The notes under the pieces were generated by a model. The model had not been told where the DNA came from. It was given only the letters and a program-made list of their open reading frames with translations, and made no database searches. This document shows, in pieces, positions 1 through 7,501 of a stretch of DNA of 42,387 nt; position 1 is the first letter of the stretch; every line of letters starts with the position of its first letter. Where the stretch lies: the UHGV virus genome UHGV-0157131; one strand, written 5' to 3'. Origin of the DNA: a virus. The translations under genes were made by a program, and so were the position numbers.

Positions 1-85
1 GGTTGGCTTCTCGGTAGGCCTTCTGCTGAGCCGCGACCTTCTCCCGGTTGGCTTCATACCAGGCCTTCTGCTGAGCCGCGACCTT
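1..85. repeat. 45-bp tandem coding repeat
   Basis: GGTTGGCTTC at 1 and 46; AGGCCTTCTGCTGAGCCGCGACCTT at 16 and 61. Confidence 0.85.
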
Positions 86-232
86 GCGCTTATGATTGTC
101 CATAGAATCAAGAACAGCCATACGGTCAAACTCTCTCGACATGACCAGATCGTCGTTTGTTAGTTGGAAAGATGCCTCGATCTCCGCATCAGCAGCCGCC
201 ATTTCCGCGAGTTCTTCTTCCGTAAATGGCAT
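1..232 (-). CDS. 5' part of a 96-aa protein with KVAAQQKAxxEANRE repeats; continues across the junction into 42387..42329
   Basis: ATG at 232; MPFTEEELAEMAAADAEIE...KVAAQQKAYREAN, then split codon C|GG joins in frame to EKYNAYMREYLRRRRAEA*. Confidence 0.85.
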   Translation of the reverse strand, partial: MPFTEEELAEMAAADAEIEASFQLTNDDLVMSREFDRMAVLDSMDNHKRKVAAQQKAWYEANREKVAAQQKAYREAN

Positions 233-233
233 A

Positions 234-443
234 TTAAATCAATCCTTTCCTTTTCTCATTCCAGTCGGCCAAAATGTCGACATATTCCGGCCCGCGTTCC
301 GGCCGGATGGGGCGCTTGAACGTTGGGGTATTAAATACCAGGACAAGCGCCTCACCGATGCGGGGATAATCTTTGGTGAAGTAGTGCTCCACCAGCTCAC
401 CGGCCCGGATGCGCTGCTTAATGCGGTTATGATACGGATACAT
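234..443 (-). CDS. Hypothetical phage protein (69 aa)
   Basis: Tightly packed in the minus-strand early operon. Confidence 0.7.
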   Translation of the reverse strand: MYPYHNRIKQRIRAGELVEHYFTKDYPRIGEALVLVFNTPTFKRPIRPERGPEYVDILADWNEKRKGLI

Positions 444-445
444 TT

Positions 446-709
446 TTAAAGCCCTCCGATCTTCGCCCAGGTCTCCGGTTCCATCTTGGTAAGCTCCGCA
501 ATCCGCCGCATGGCGGAGAGAGGGATGATCTCCGGGTGCTCCCTCCAGCGGGAGAGGGAAGAGGTGGACACCTCCAGCAGGGCGGCTACCTCGGGCCAGT
601 TCAGACCGTTATCAATCTTGTAATGGTTCAGCGCCTGATTCAGCGCCTTGTTCCCGTCAGCGGCCTTGTACTCACGCCGCTGCTTGTCAGTCAGGGCCAC
701 ACGGGGCAT
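446..709 (-). CDS. XRE-like HTH protein
   Basis: LNWPEVAALLEVSTSSLSRWRE HTH pattern; RBS upstream. Confidence 0.75.
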   Translation of the reverse strand: MPRVALTDKQRREYKAADGNKALNQALNHYKIDNGLNWPEVAALLEVSTSSLSRWREHPEIIPLSAMRRIAELTKMEPETWAKIGGL

Positions 710-712
710 TGG

Positions 713-1453
713 TCAGCCCTCCTTCCGGCGGAGCTCGGCGGGCTCGATCCAGGTCTCCACGTAGGCCATGGCGGAGGGATAGTCCGCCGGGCGGATGTCG
801 CGGTAACTGGGGACGCCGAACCGGTCTTTGAGGTCCCGGTACAGGGAAGCGAAAAACTTCGGTTTCTGCTCGTCCAGCGCCCAGGCGGGAATAACGGTGG
901 CCGCACGATCCAGCACCCGGCGGGACACCGCCTTTTGAAGCTCCCGCTGCTGGCCGTGGTCAATGGTCATCTGGTTTTCCAGCTTGTCCTCAAGGGCATT
1001 TACTCTTTCATCCAATTCAAACATGGCCTGAGACTGGAGGCGGAGCAGCTCCATGGCGCTCTTGGGCTCTTTATGTACGGCCGGGAGAAATGCCGCGGCC
1101 AGAACGTCCTTTGCGCGGAGCTGGTACTGCTCCAGGCGGTCGGCCAGCTCTGGATTCTCCGACTCCATGGTGGGTGTGATGCTGATCTTCGCCAGCCACA
1201 GGGGAACAAAGTCCAGCTTGATTGCTACGGCCTGATTGTTCTGGTCAAACACCCCTGCGTCAAATTTGACGCACCCCTTTTTCAGCACTCGATCAGCCTG
1301 AACGTTCTTGACTTGCCGGTCTTTTTCGTTTTTGTTCAGACCGATGCCATTACAGATGTAACTTACACCGGCCCAAATCTGCCCCGATTCATCGCGGGCC
1401 GCCATCAGTTCTGTGCCGAGGAAAGGGACGCGCTTGATTTCTAATTCATTCAT
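713..1453 (-). CDS. Phage antirepressor (P22 Ant N-terminal-like domain plus ORF6C-like C-terminus)
   Basis: VPFLGTELMA...FVPLWLAKI...YQLRAKDVLAAAF; C-terminal LYRDLKDRFGVPSYRDI. Confidence 0.85.
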   Translation of the reverse strand: MNELEIKRVPFLGTELMAARDESGQIWAGVSYICNGIGLNKNEKDRQVKNVQADRVLKKGCVKFDAGVFDQNNQAVAIKLDFVPLWLAKISITPTMESENPELADRLEQYQLRAKDVLAAAFLPAVHKEPKSAMELLRLQSQAMFELDERVNALEDKLENQMTIDHGQQRELQKAVSRRVLDRAATVIPAWALDEQKPKFFASLYRDLKDRFGVPSYRDIRPADYPSAMAYVETWIEPAELRRKEG

Positions 1454-1649
1454 GGCTATTCTCCTTCAACAGCTCGTCCACGGTTACGCCGAAGTAATCG
1501 GCTACCTTTTTCACAATGTCAAGACGGGGAGAGTAGACGCCCCATCCTCCGATGGTGCCGTTTCCAATACCAAGCGTCCGCTCGAGTGCGCAGATACTGA
1601 TCTTGTTCTCACGGCAAAGATGTTTGATGTTGTCCAGCAGCAAATTCAT
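1446..1649 (-). CDS. Cro-like XRE HTH regulator
   Basis: ISICALERTLGIGNGTIGGW...KKVADYFGVTVDELL. Confidence 0.85.
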   Translation of the reverse strand: MNLLLDNIKHLCRENKISICALERTLGIGNGTIGGWGVYSPRLDIVKKVADYFGVTVDELLKENSHE

Positions 1650-1736
1650 TACCTCCGTTTAAAGTATTGAGTTTTTTTATGTTGTGATTTAGAATGAAAC
1701 CTAAGAGAATATTGCAGAAAGAAGCGAGGGGATAGT

Positions 1737-2183
1737 ATGTTAAATTTTTTGATAAGACGATCCATAGATCGGTTATTAGAGCGAGCGTATGAATCGAATT
1801 TTTCCATATACAAAGCAGAAATCAAAAATATTTTGGATAATGGGACCGGAAAGGTCAGTGAAGACGATCTGCTCTGTGAAATGATGAGAGCCAGAGAAGA
1901 ATATCTTAACTCTATTTCGGAACAGATTTCGGGGGCTGTCTTTGCATCAGATCAAAAGACATCGGCTCGATATCGAATAGCTATGATGTCGCCGGAAGTT
2001 GCCGGAGTTCACATTTTCGATGATGATATTAAGTATTCTGCCGGAATGGAATATTGCTTTTTGCACTATGCATTTATCGGAAAACCCGGGGAAATGAAAA
2101 ACGCTATTAAACATAATCATATTTTTGCTAGTTACGTAGATAGAGCAATTAGCGAGCTTGAGGAAGAAGGGTATTCGCTTTAA
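1737..2183 (+). CDS. AT-rich hypothetical protein (moron-like), opposite to the early operon
   Basis: 148-aa ORF, RBS GAGGGG, AT-richer than core genes. Confidence 0.75.
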   Translation: MLNFLIRRSIDRLLERAYESNFSIYKAEIKNILDNGTGKVSEDDLLCEMMRAREEYLNSISEQISGAVFASDQKTSARYRIAMMSPEVAGVHIFDDDIKYSAGMEYCFLHYAFIGKPGEMKNAIKHNHIFASYVDRAISELEEEGYSL

Positions 2184-2188
2184 GTGAA
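2174..2188. promoter_or_regulatory. Distal operator-like site TTCGCTTTAAGTGAA at the end of cro
   Basis: Near-palindromic 15-mer matching the sites in the cro/cI intergenic region. Confidence 0.7.
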
Positions 2189-2386
2189 TTTTCTGCCCAA
2201 AAAAATAATGTCCATAGGACAATTGTAGATGTCGCAAAGTTGTTTGAACTGCTCTGCATTTGGGGCGGTTTTTCCGTTCTCCCAATTAGAAATAGTTCCA
2301 ACATTAACATTTAAAATATTTGCGACTTCTCGTTGGCTCATTTTCATGTTAATGCGTGCTGCCTCTAAAGATATTTGATAGCTCAT
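2180..2386 (-). CDS. Cro-like repressor
   Basis: MSQREVANILNVNVGTISNWENGKTAP; divergent from the CI-like gene; RBS GGAGG. Confidence 0.9.
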   Translation of the reverse strand: MSYQISLEAARINMKMSQREVANILNVNVGTISNWENGKTAPNAEQFKQLCDIYNCPMDIIFLGRKFT

Positions 2387-2409
2387 AGTTCAACCTCCTG
2401 TTTTTATAC

Positions 2410-2510
2410 ATAGTACCATTACTTTAAGTGAATGTCAACACTTAAAGCGAATTTTTTCACATTCGTATTGAAACATTTTCGCTTTTGGCGTATAATTCGC
2501 TTTAAGGAGG
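2410..2510. promoter_or_regulatory. Lysis/lysogeny switch: divergent sigma-A promoters with four operator-like 15-mers
   Basis: Minus: TTGACA(2438-2433)-17-TACTAT(2415-2410) with extended TG. Plus: TTGAAA(2468-2473)-17-TATAAT(2491-2496). TTCGCTTTAAGYGAA-like sites at 2418, 2437, 2478, 2496. Confidence 0.85.
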
Positions 2511-2517
2511 GGTGTAA

Positions 2518-2934
2518 ATGAATGAATACGATACAAAAAAGATCTTTTCAAAAAATCTTAGTAGAGTTCTTTCTGAAAATGGAATGACTCAGGCTGAGTT
2601 AGCATCTGAAATGGGTGTTGCGGCATCTTCTGTGTCTGCTTGGTGCAATGGAGATAAAATGCCTAGAATGGATAAAATAGAGTGGATTTCCAAAAAATTT
2701 AATATTTCAAAATCAGAATTATTAGAAGAAAACCTTATGCAACTGGTTCCTCCAGAGCAGAGCACCAGGGGCATGACCGAAGAGGAGCGGGAAGCGTATT
2801 ACCGGGATCTGCATAAAAAAGAGCCCCCCGAAATGATCGGAGGGCTGACAGAGGAAGATATGGAAATACTAAAGAGGTTTCGGAACGCATCTCCAAAAAA
2901 GAAAGAAGCGATCAGGATGCTTTTAGAGGAGTAA
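2518..2934 (+). CDS. CI-like XRE repressor lacking an S24 autopeptidase domain
   Basis: MTQAELASEMGVAASSVSAWCNGDKMPR HTH; short helical C-terminus. Confidence 0.9.
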   Translation: MNEYDTKKIFSKNLSRVLSENGMTQAELASEMGVAASSVSAWCNGDKMPRMDKIEWISKKFNISKSELLEENLMQLVPPEQSTRGMTEEEREAYYRDLHKKEPPEMIGGLTEEDMEILKRFRNASPKKKEAIRMLLEE

Positions 2935-2938
2935 GTTC

Positions 2939-3268
2939 ATGTTTTTTAAAATAAAAACGGCGCTTGATGATTTTAATAAAAACGCATTAGAAAAATATAG
3001 CAAGAGTGAACTTTCAATATTGGCGATTTCGTTTTTTACTTCTTTTATATGGAACCATTTTGATGCAAATATGGATTACCAATTCCCGTTCAATTGGATA
3101 TGGTATCTTTTTGGGTTAATCGGAGGAACAATCATTGTTTTTGCTGTGTTTAATGGCATAAGATGCTTAATAGAAAATGAACGGGAAATAACCGTATTTT
3201 ATTTGACAAAGGTATTAGCTGGATCGTGTTTTGCGATATGGATTTTTATGATTTTGGTTGGATGGTAA
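2939..3268 (+). CDS. Small membrane protein (~3 TM) co-transcribed with the repressor; possible superinfection exclusion
   Basis: Three hydrophobic segments; AT-rich; starts 4 bp after cI. Confidence 0.7.
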   Translation: MFFKIKTALDDFNKNALEKYSKSELSILAISFFTSFIWNHFDANMDYQFPFNWIWYLFGLIGGTIIVFAVFNGIRCLIENEREITVFYLTKVLAGSCFAIWIFMILVGW

Positions 3269-3274
3269 GAGAGT

Positions 3275-3329
3275 ATATATGATTTAAAAACCCGTTCCCA
3301 TAACGGGAACGGGTTTTTAAATCATATAT
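3275..3329. terminator. Bidirectional terminator, 25-bp perfect inverted repeat
   Basis: ATATATGATTTAAAAACCCGTTCCC-ATAAC-GGGAACGGGTTTTTAAATCATATAT between convergent genes. Confidence 0.85.
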
Positions 3330-3483
3330 CACTATCCAGAATCTGAATGACAGACGCTCTCTTGATTGGATTATGTATCGCAGAAAGAAGCAATGCTTCT
3401 TCATCTGTGATTGTGGCGGTGGCCCGGAGGGCCGCAATGACACATTTCTCTTCCTCAGTTAAAGTGATCTGTTCTGCTGTCAT
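3322..3483 (-). CDS. 53-aa small protein, candidate SOS-induced antirepressor (absent from the ORF track)
   Basis: GGAGGAGG RBS; MTAEQITLTEEEKCVIAALRATATITDEEALLLSAIHNPIKRASVIQILDSDI*; ends at the terminator. Confidence 0.7.
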   Translation of the reverse strand: MTAEQITLTEEEKCVIAALRATATITDEEALLLSAIHNPIKRASVIQILDSDI

Positions 3484-3542
3484 GGCAGCGCCCTCCTCCC
3501 GCGTGGCGGGGGTCGATTTCCGGTTATTACCAGATAGGACCC

Positions 3543-3571
3543 ATTATACCACACTGTGACAAAATTAACAA
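3543..3571 (-). promoter_or_regulatory. Extended -10 promoter upstream of the 53-aa ORF
   Basis: TTGTTA-17-TATAAT with TG extension on the minus strand. Confidence 0.55.
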
Positions 3572-3628
3572 ATACTTTTTGTGTTGTTTTTCTGGATTAA
3601 AGCACTATGCACAACATAGCGCTCTTTC

Positions 3629-3658
3629 ATTATAGAACATACGTTTGTTTCTTGTCAA
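3629..3658 (-). promoter_or_regulatory. Consensus sigma-A promoter with a LexA (Cheo) box in the spacer
   Basis: TTGACA(3658-3653)-18-TATAAT(3634-3629); GAAC-ATAC-GTTT at 3635-3646. Confidence 0.8.
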
Positions 3659-3686
3659 GATATTTTTCGGAATGGAGGTGCCTAAA

Positions 3687-4778
3687 TTGAAAGTGCCAGT
3701 TGCAAAAAAGCTCCCGTCCGGCTCCTGGCGGTGTCAGGTCATGGTGGACGGGCGCAGGGTGTCCGTTACAGGGCAGACAGAGAAAGAGGCTATAGCGGAG
3801 GCCATGCAGATCAAAGCAAGGCTCACAAAAGAAAAGAAACAGGAGAGGGGCGGAAGCATCACCCTGGAGGAAGGAATTACGCGATACATTGAAGAACACT
3901 CCAATGTGCTGTCTCCGTCCACCGTTGAGGGATATGAGGAAATCAAGAGGAATCGGCTCCAGAGGATCATGAAAAAGAATTTGCGGTCCATCGGCATTCA
4001 GCAGCTCCAGGATGCTGTAAACAAGGAGGCAGGAGACGGAATATCCGCAAAGACAATTCGAAACGCATTGGGCCTTGTATCCGTTGTCATGAGCTATTTC
4101 GGCTTTGAAATGGACATCGGGAAGTTAAAGCTGCCGCAGAGGAAAAAGAAAGAACACGCCATCATGAAAGCCGGTGATATTGTGGAGCTGTTTGACCACA
4201 TACAGGGAAACCTGGTAGAGGTCCCGATCCTGCTGGCTGTATGGCTCGGTATGCGGCGATCTGAAATTATGGGGCTGTGCTGGGACTGTGTGGACCAGGT
4301 AAACAGCACCGTGTCTGTACGAAGGACCTATATCCGGGGAAAGGATGGCTACATACTGCGGGAGGGGACAAAGACGGAGGCGTCAAGACGCGTCATAGAT
4401 TGCCCGTCGTATATCATGGAAAAGCTGATTGCACTTCGTCCGGATACCTTCCGGCCCACAGACCGGGTATTCGAGATGCACCCAAATACGATCTATCAGT
4501 CCATGCGGAGAATATGCGAAAGGGAAGGGATCGACTTTGTAGGAGTCCACGGGCTCCGGCATACAAATGCATCCGTTATGCTATCTCTTGGCGTTCTGGA
4601 TAAGGCGGCTATGGCCCGAGGCGGGTGGTCAACGGATGTAACCATGAAACAGGTATATCAACACCTGTTCAAGGAAGATCTGGACACGGCGGCGGTTTTG
4701 GTCAACCAGTTCTTCGGGCAGATGGCCCAGGGAATCAATCCGTATGAATTGCACACGAATTTGCACACGAAAGACTAA
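3687..4778 (+). CDS. int: Tyrosine integrase
   Basis: TTG start after GGAGGTG; GMRRSEI (R), TKT (K), HGLRH, GGW, VYQH (Y). Confidence 0.95.
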   Translation: MKVPVAKKLPSGSWRCQVMVDGRRVSVTGQTEKEAIAEAMQIKARLTKEKKQERGGSITLEEGITRYIEEHSNVLSPSTVEGYEEIKRNRLQRIMKKNLRSIGIQQLQDAVNKEAGDGISAKTIRNALGLVSVVMSYFGFEMDIGKLKLPQRKKKEHAIMKAGDIVELFDHIQGNLVEVPILLAVWLGMRRSEIMGLCWDCVDQVNSTVSVRRTYIRGKDGYILREGTKTEASRRVIDCPSYIMEKLIALRPDTFRPTDRVFEMHPNTIYQSMRRICEREGIDFVGVHGLRHTNASVMLSLGVLDKAAMARGGWSTDVTMKQVYQHLFKEDLDTAAVLVNQFFGQMAQGINPYELHTNLHTKD

Positions 4779-4817
4779 AATATATAGATATTGCAAGTGG
4801 TTAAAGCTTGTTTTTGC

Positions 4818-4845
4818 ACGGGTTCAAGTCCCGTCATCCGCACCA
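4818..4845 (+). other. attP core: 3' end of a tRNA (probably tRNA-Leu)
   Basis: T-arm ACGGG-TTCAAGT-CCCGT, acceptor strand CATCCGC, discriminator A, CCA; 5' half absent. Confidence 0.85.
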
Positions 4846-4884
4846 ATCCCGGAAGCTTGCAAGACAAAGCTTCCGGGATTTTTT
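4845..4884 (+). terminator. Terminator supplied for the reconstituted tRNA
   Basis: AATCCCGGAAGCTT-N8-AAGCTTCCGGGATT followed by a T run. Confidence 0.8.
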
Positions 4885-4991
4885 CTTACTCTTGCAATGG
4901 ATACGAGCGTCATATATAATGCGTTGCGTTCCAAATATAGGATGAATCAATCAAGATATGAAAAATGAAATTGCACACGGAATTGCACATG

Positions 4992-5022
4992 AAAAATCCC
5001 CCGTTTATGACGGGGGATTTTT
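4992..5022. terminator. Bidirectional terminator
   Basis: AAAAATCCCCCGT-TTATG-ACGGGGGATTTTT. Confidence 0.8.
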
Positions 5023-5919
5023 TCACTCTGCCCTGGTGATTGCTTTTGCCGCGTGAATGGCGTTGTCGGTCAGCTGCCGTTGCCATGCCCCCTGAGAAGG
5101 TGCCCACCGGAAACCGTGACTTTTGAGCGCCTGCTTTGTGTCGGCGTCTGGACAGTCGTCAAGGACGATCTGGAGGCGGTTCAACTCGGCATTGATTACA
5201 ACCTTTCCGCCGCCAAACTTCCAGCCTTCGGGAGCCGGGCTGTCCTGCCGCTTTTCCAGCTCTTCGATTCGATCCCGAATGCGGCGGATATTGGCATTGT
5301 TGTTGGATAGCTGGTAGGACGGGTATCCGATGCGGCCGCAGAAGTCGGGGGAGCGGAGTTCCTTGATATCGGAAGGGGAGTACCCCATCTCTGCAAGTTT
5401 GGCGTCCCCCTTTGCCTGGTCCTTCATGCGGATAGCGGAATTGGCTGCTTTCATTCGATTCTGGAGACGTTCCAGGCTTTCCAGCTTCGCACGGAGCTTA
5501 TTCAATGCGTTTGGATCGTCTCCGCTGATGCCTCCGGTTCCGACTGAACGGATTTTGTGGAGGATACCCTGAATCTCGTTCCATTCCTGCATGTTCCGGT
5601 CGGCTGCTGCGTTCTGGCGCTCTTTCTTCCGGACATTGAAGCCGCTTCCGCCTGCAATCAGAATAGAGGGGCACATTGTGCCGATCAGGTTTGAATTGTT
5701 GATGTTGTCAGCAAGGCGGCGGGCGTAGGAGTCCAGAAGAGCGTCTATTTTATCATGATACATAGGATCGACGCGGCGCTTCTGATACTCTGCAATATCA
5801 CAGGCCTTGTCAACCATGCGCTGATACTCTGCGGTTGCGCTGCCCTTCTTGTAGTCGCTCATGGACATCATGTCGTGAGACCGGCGGGCGAGTTCCTCGT
5901 TGATGCTGTAATACTTCAT
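5023..5919 (-). CDS. Accessory protein, DUF3560-like coiled coil plus C-terminal 'LKxxGFRW...W' domain
   Basis: ATG 5919 after AAGGAG; ALKSHGFRWAPSQGAWQRQ. Confidence 0.75.
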   Translation of the reverse strand: MKYYSINEELARRSHDMMSMSDYKKGSATAEYQRMVDKACDIAEYQKRRVDPMYHDKIDALLDSYARRLADNINNSNLIGTMCPSILIAGGSGFNVRKKERQNAAADRNMQEWNEIQGILHKIRSVGTGGISGDDPNALNKLRAKLESLERLQNRMKAANSAIRMKDQAKGDAKLAEMGYSPSDIKELRSPDFCGRIGYPSYQLSNNNANIRRIRDRIEELEKRQDSPAPEGWKFGGGKVVINAELNRLQIVLDDCPDADTKQALKSHGFRWAPSQGAWQRQLTDNAIHAAKAITRAE

Positions 5920-5983
5920 AGTTCTTTCTCCTTTTATCGTGGTTTTTGCCCTGCCATCATCAGGGCTTGGAGTGGTGTTCGGA

Positions 5984-6202
5984 TTAGTAAACAATCTTTA
6001 CAGAAGAAGAAAACATGTTTTGACCGACTGGACCAAACACAGCGTATGCGGTTCCTGTTTGATAGTCATAAACGGCGGCGGCCTCTTCTTTTCCTACATA
6101 ACATCCGGCGTCCGCCATGGCTTGGGACAACGTGTTAAAGTCCATTTTCTCGTCGGTTCCGCAGTCGTCGCTCCAGGTGACAACTTGGTATCTTCTTTGC
6201 AT
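5984..6202 (-). CDS. Small hypothetical protein (72 aa)
   Basis: RBS GGAGGA; lies within the operon. Confidence 0.65.
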   Translation of the reverse strand: MQRRYQVVTWSDDCGTDEKMDFNTLSQAMADAGCYVGKEEAAAVYDYQTGTAYAVFGPVGQNMFSSSVKIVY

Positions 6203-6246
6203 TGTTATCCTCCATTGCCCTCGTGACCTCCGGGGCGGGCCGTTGA

Positions 6247-7107
6247 TTATGCGGTTTCGGTAATGGATCTGAGGCCCTGCAAGTTGTCCTCAGTGTTCCG
6301 GTTATACCAGCAGCCTTTTTTGCTGTGCCAGCGCCAACCGGCAGACTTCAATGCCGTGCGCACCTGCTCGGACGGCTTGCCGGGGAAATAGACCTCTACG
6401 CCGTTGAAATCCTGGTTGATCTCTACACGGATGGAACCGGTGCTTTCAGCGGGCTTCTTGCTGCTCTTCGGGGCCTCTACCTTCTTGGCCTTCCGGCTGA
6501 CGGTGTAGGGCTTGTCCCATTTCCCGACGCCCAAACTATAATAGAAATTGACATCGAAATAGTCGATAATGCTGTCGCAGTCGCTCCACCGGTAGGACTT
6601 GATGCAGTCGTTGACATCGATCATCACGGCGCGGGCCCAATCGGTCAGGATATCGTCACGCTCAATGTAATAATAGTTGACATCGTGGCGGCTGCTGCCA
6701 TCTTTCAGAGCCTCATAAGGGCCGGACACCATGGAGACAGAAATCTCGCTGCACATGCTTGCATAGTGGGTAGTAACGGAGAATTTGCAGTCAGGATAAG
6801 CCTTCTTGACATATGCGCGGATAGCGGCTGCAATGTCCTTTGTGCTGCGGCCCATCTCGTACCGGCTGCCCTTCCAGCCGTTGGAGGTGTAAAACTCGCT
6901 GCGGGTGCTTTCGGCGGTCTCGTGGGTGGGGGTCTCGGCCTTCTGGTTGTAAGCCAGCTTGTAGACAGGGAAGAGGCGGTCGTACTCCGCGTTAATCTCC
7001 TGCATGGTGGCGGTGTCTCCGCCGACGTCCGGGTGGTGGATCATGGCCAGGTGGCGATAGGCCTTTTTCAGATCGTCCAGCGTTGCGATATTCTCAAAAT
7101 ACTTCAT
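6247..7107 (-). CDS. J-domain (HPD) protein with LPD29-like middle domain and 'LKxxGWRW' C-terminal domain
   Basis: LKKAYRHLAMIHHPDVGGD...MQEINAEY; KDIAAAIRAYVKKAYPDCKFSV; ATG 7107 after GGAGG. Confidence 0.8.
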   Translation of the reverse strand: MKYFENIATLDDLKKAYRHLAMIHHPDVGGDTATMQEINAEYDRLFPVYKLAYNQKAETPTHETAESTRSEFYTSNGWKGSRYEMGRSTKDIAAAIRAYVKKAYPDCKFSVTTHYASMCSEISVSMVSGPYEALKDGSSRHDVNYYYIERDDILTDWARAVMIDVNDCIKSYRWSDCDSIIDYFDVNFYYSLGVGKWDKPYTVSRKAKKVEAPKSSKKPAESTGSIRVEINQDFNGVEVYFPGKPSEQVRTALKSAGWRWHSKKGCWYNRNTEDNLQGLRSITETA

Positions 7108-7154
7108 GGTGTTGTACCTCCTGGTCATGTGTTGTTGTCCCTTGCGGTGATTAC

Positions 7155-7262
7155 ATCATAGCACGGTAGTACCGTGTAGTCAACGCGGCAATCTGTACAA
7201 GAATCCAGGCGATAGATTGTGCAATATATACACTGTCATACAGTGACACGGCGTGATACAAT
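7155..7262. promoter_or_regulatory. Divergent promoters with palindromic operators
   Basis: Minus: TTGACT-17-TATGAT (7183-7155), spacer palindrome CACGGTA-G-TACCGTG (7162-7176). Related site CACTGTCATACAGTG (7231-7245) precedes plus-strand TGaTACAAT. Confidence 0.75.
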
Positions 7263-7285
7263 ATAAAAGAACGGAGGTGTAATAA

Positions 7286-7471
7286 ATGGTATCTCCAGCA
7301 AAGAGAAAAAGTAATAACAAATGGGACAAAGAAAACATGGTCGTGTTATCCTGCAAGGTACGCAAAGAGTACGCCGACCGGGTGAGGGCCTGCTGCGCGG
7401 CCAACGGGGACACGGTGAACTCGATTTTGAGGGACGCACTGGACAAATACCTGGAGGAGAAAAAGGCATGA
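7286..7471 (+). CDS. Ribbon-helix-helix (Arc/CopG-like) regulator
   Basis: KWDKENMVVLSCKVRKE...TVNSILRDALDKYL; RBS GGAGGTG. Confidence 0.8.
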   Translation: MVSPAKRKSNNKWDKENMVVLSCKVRKEYADRVRACCAANGDTVNSILRDALDKYLEEKKA

Positions 7472-7472
7472 G

Positions 7473-7501
7473 AAAGCCCGCCGGATTTACCGGCGGGCTT
7501 T
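7473..7501. terminator. Bidirectional terminator
   Basis: AAAGCCCGCCGG-ATTTA-CCGGCGGGCTTT. Confidence 0.75.

Larger units (their letters stand above)
4749..4991 (+). repeat. Integrase arm-type direct repeats flanking the att core
   Basis: TTGCACACG at 4749, 4761, 4971; TTGCACATG at 4983; each pair has 12-bp spacing. Confidence 0.8.

Noticed and set aside
3347..3559. 70-aa plus-strand ORF
   Set aside because: No RBS; the opposite-strand 53-aa ORF has an RBS, promoters and a terminator
4818..4845. tRNA gene
   Set aside because: Only the T-arm and 3' acceptor strand are present; interpreted as attP
5945..5970. Hammerhead ribozyme (CTGATGA on the minus strand)
   Set aside because: No stem II followed by GAAA; it forms a simple hairpin
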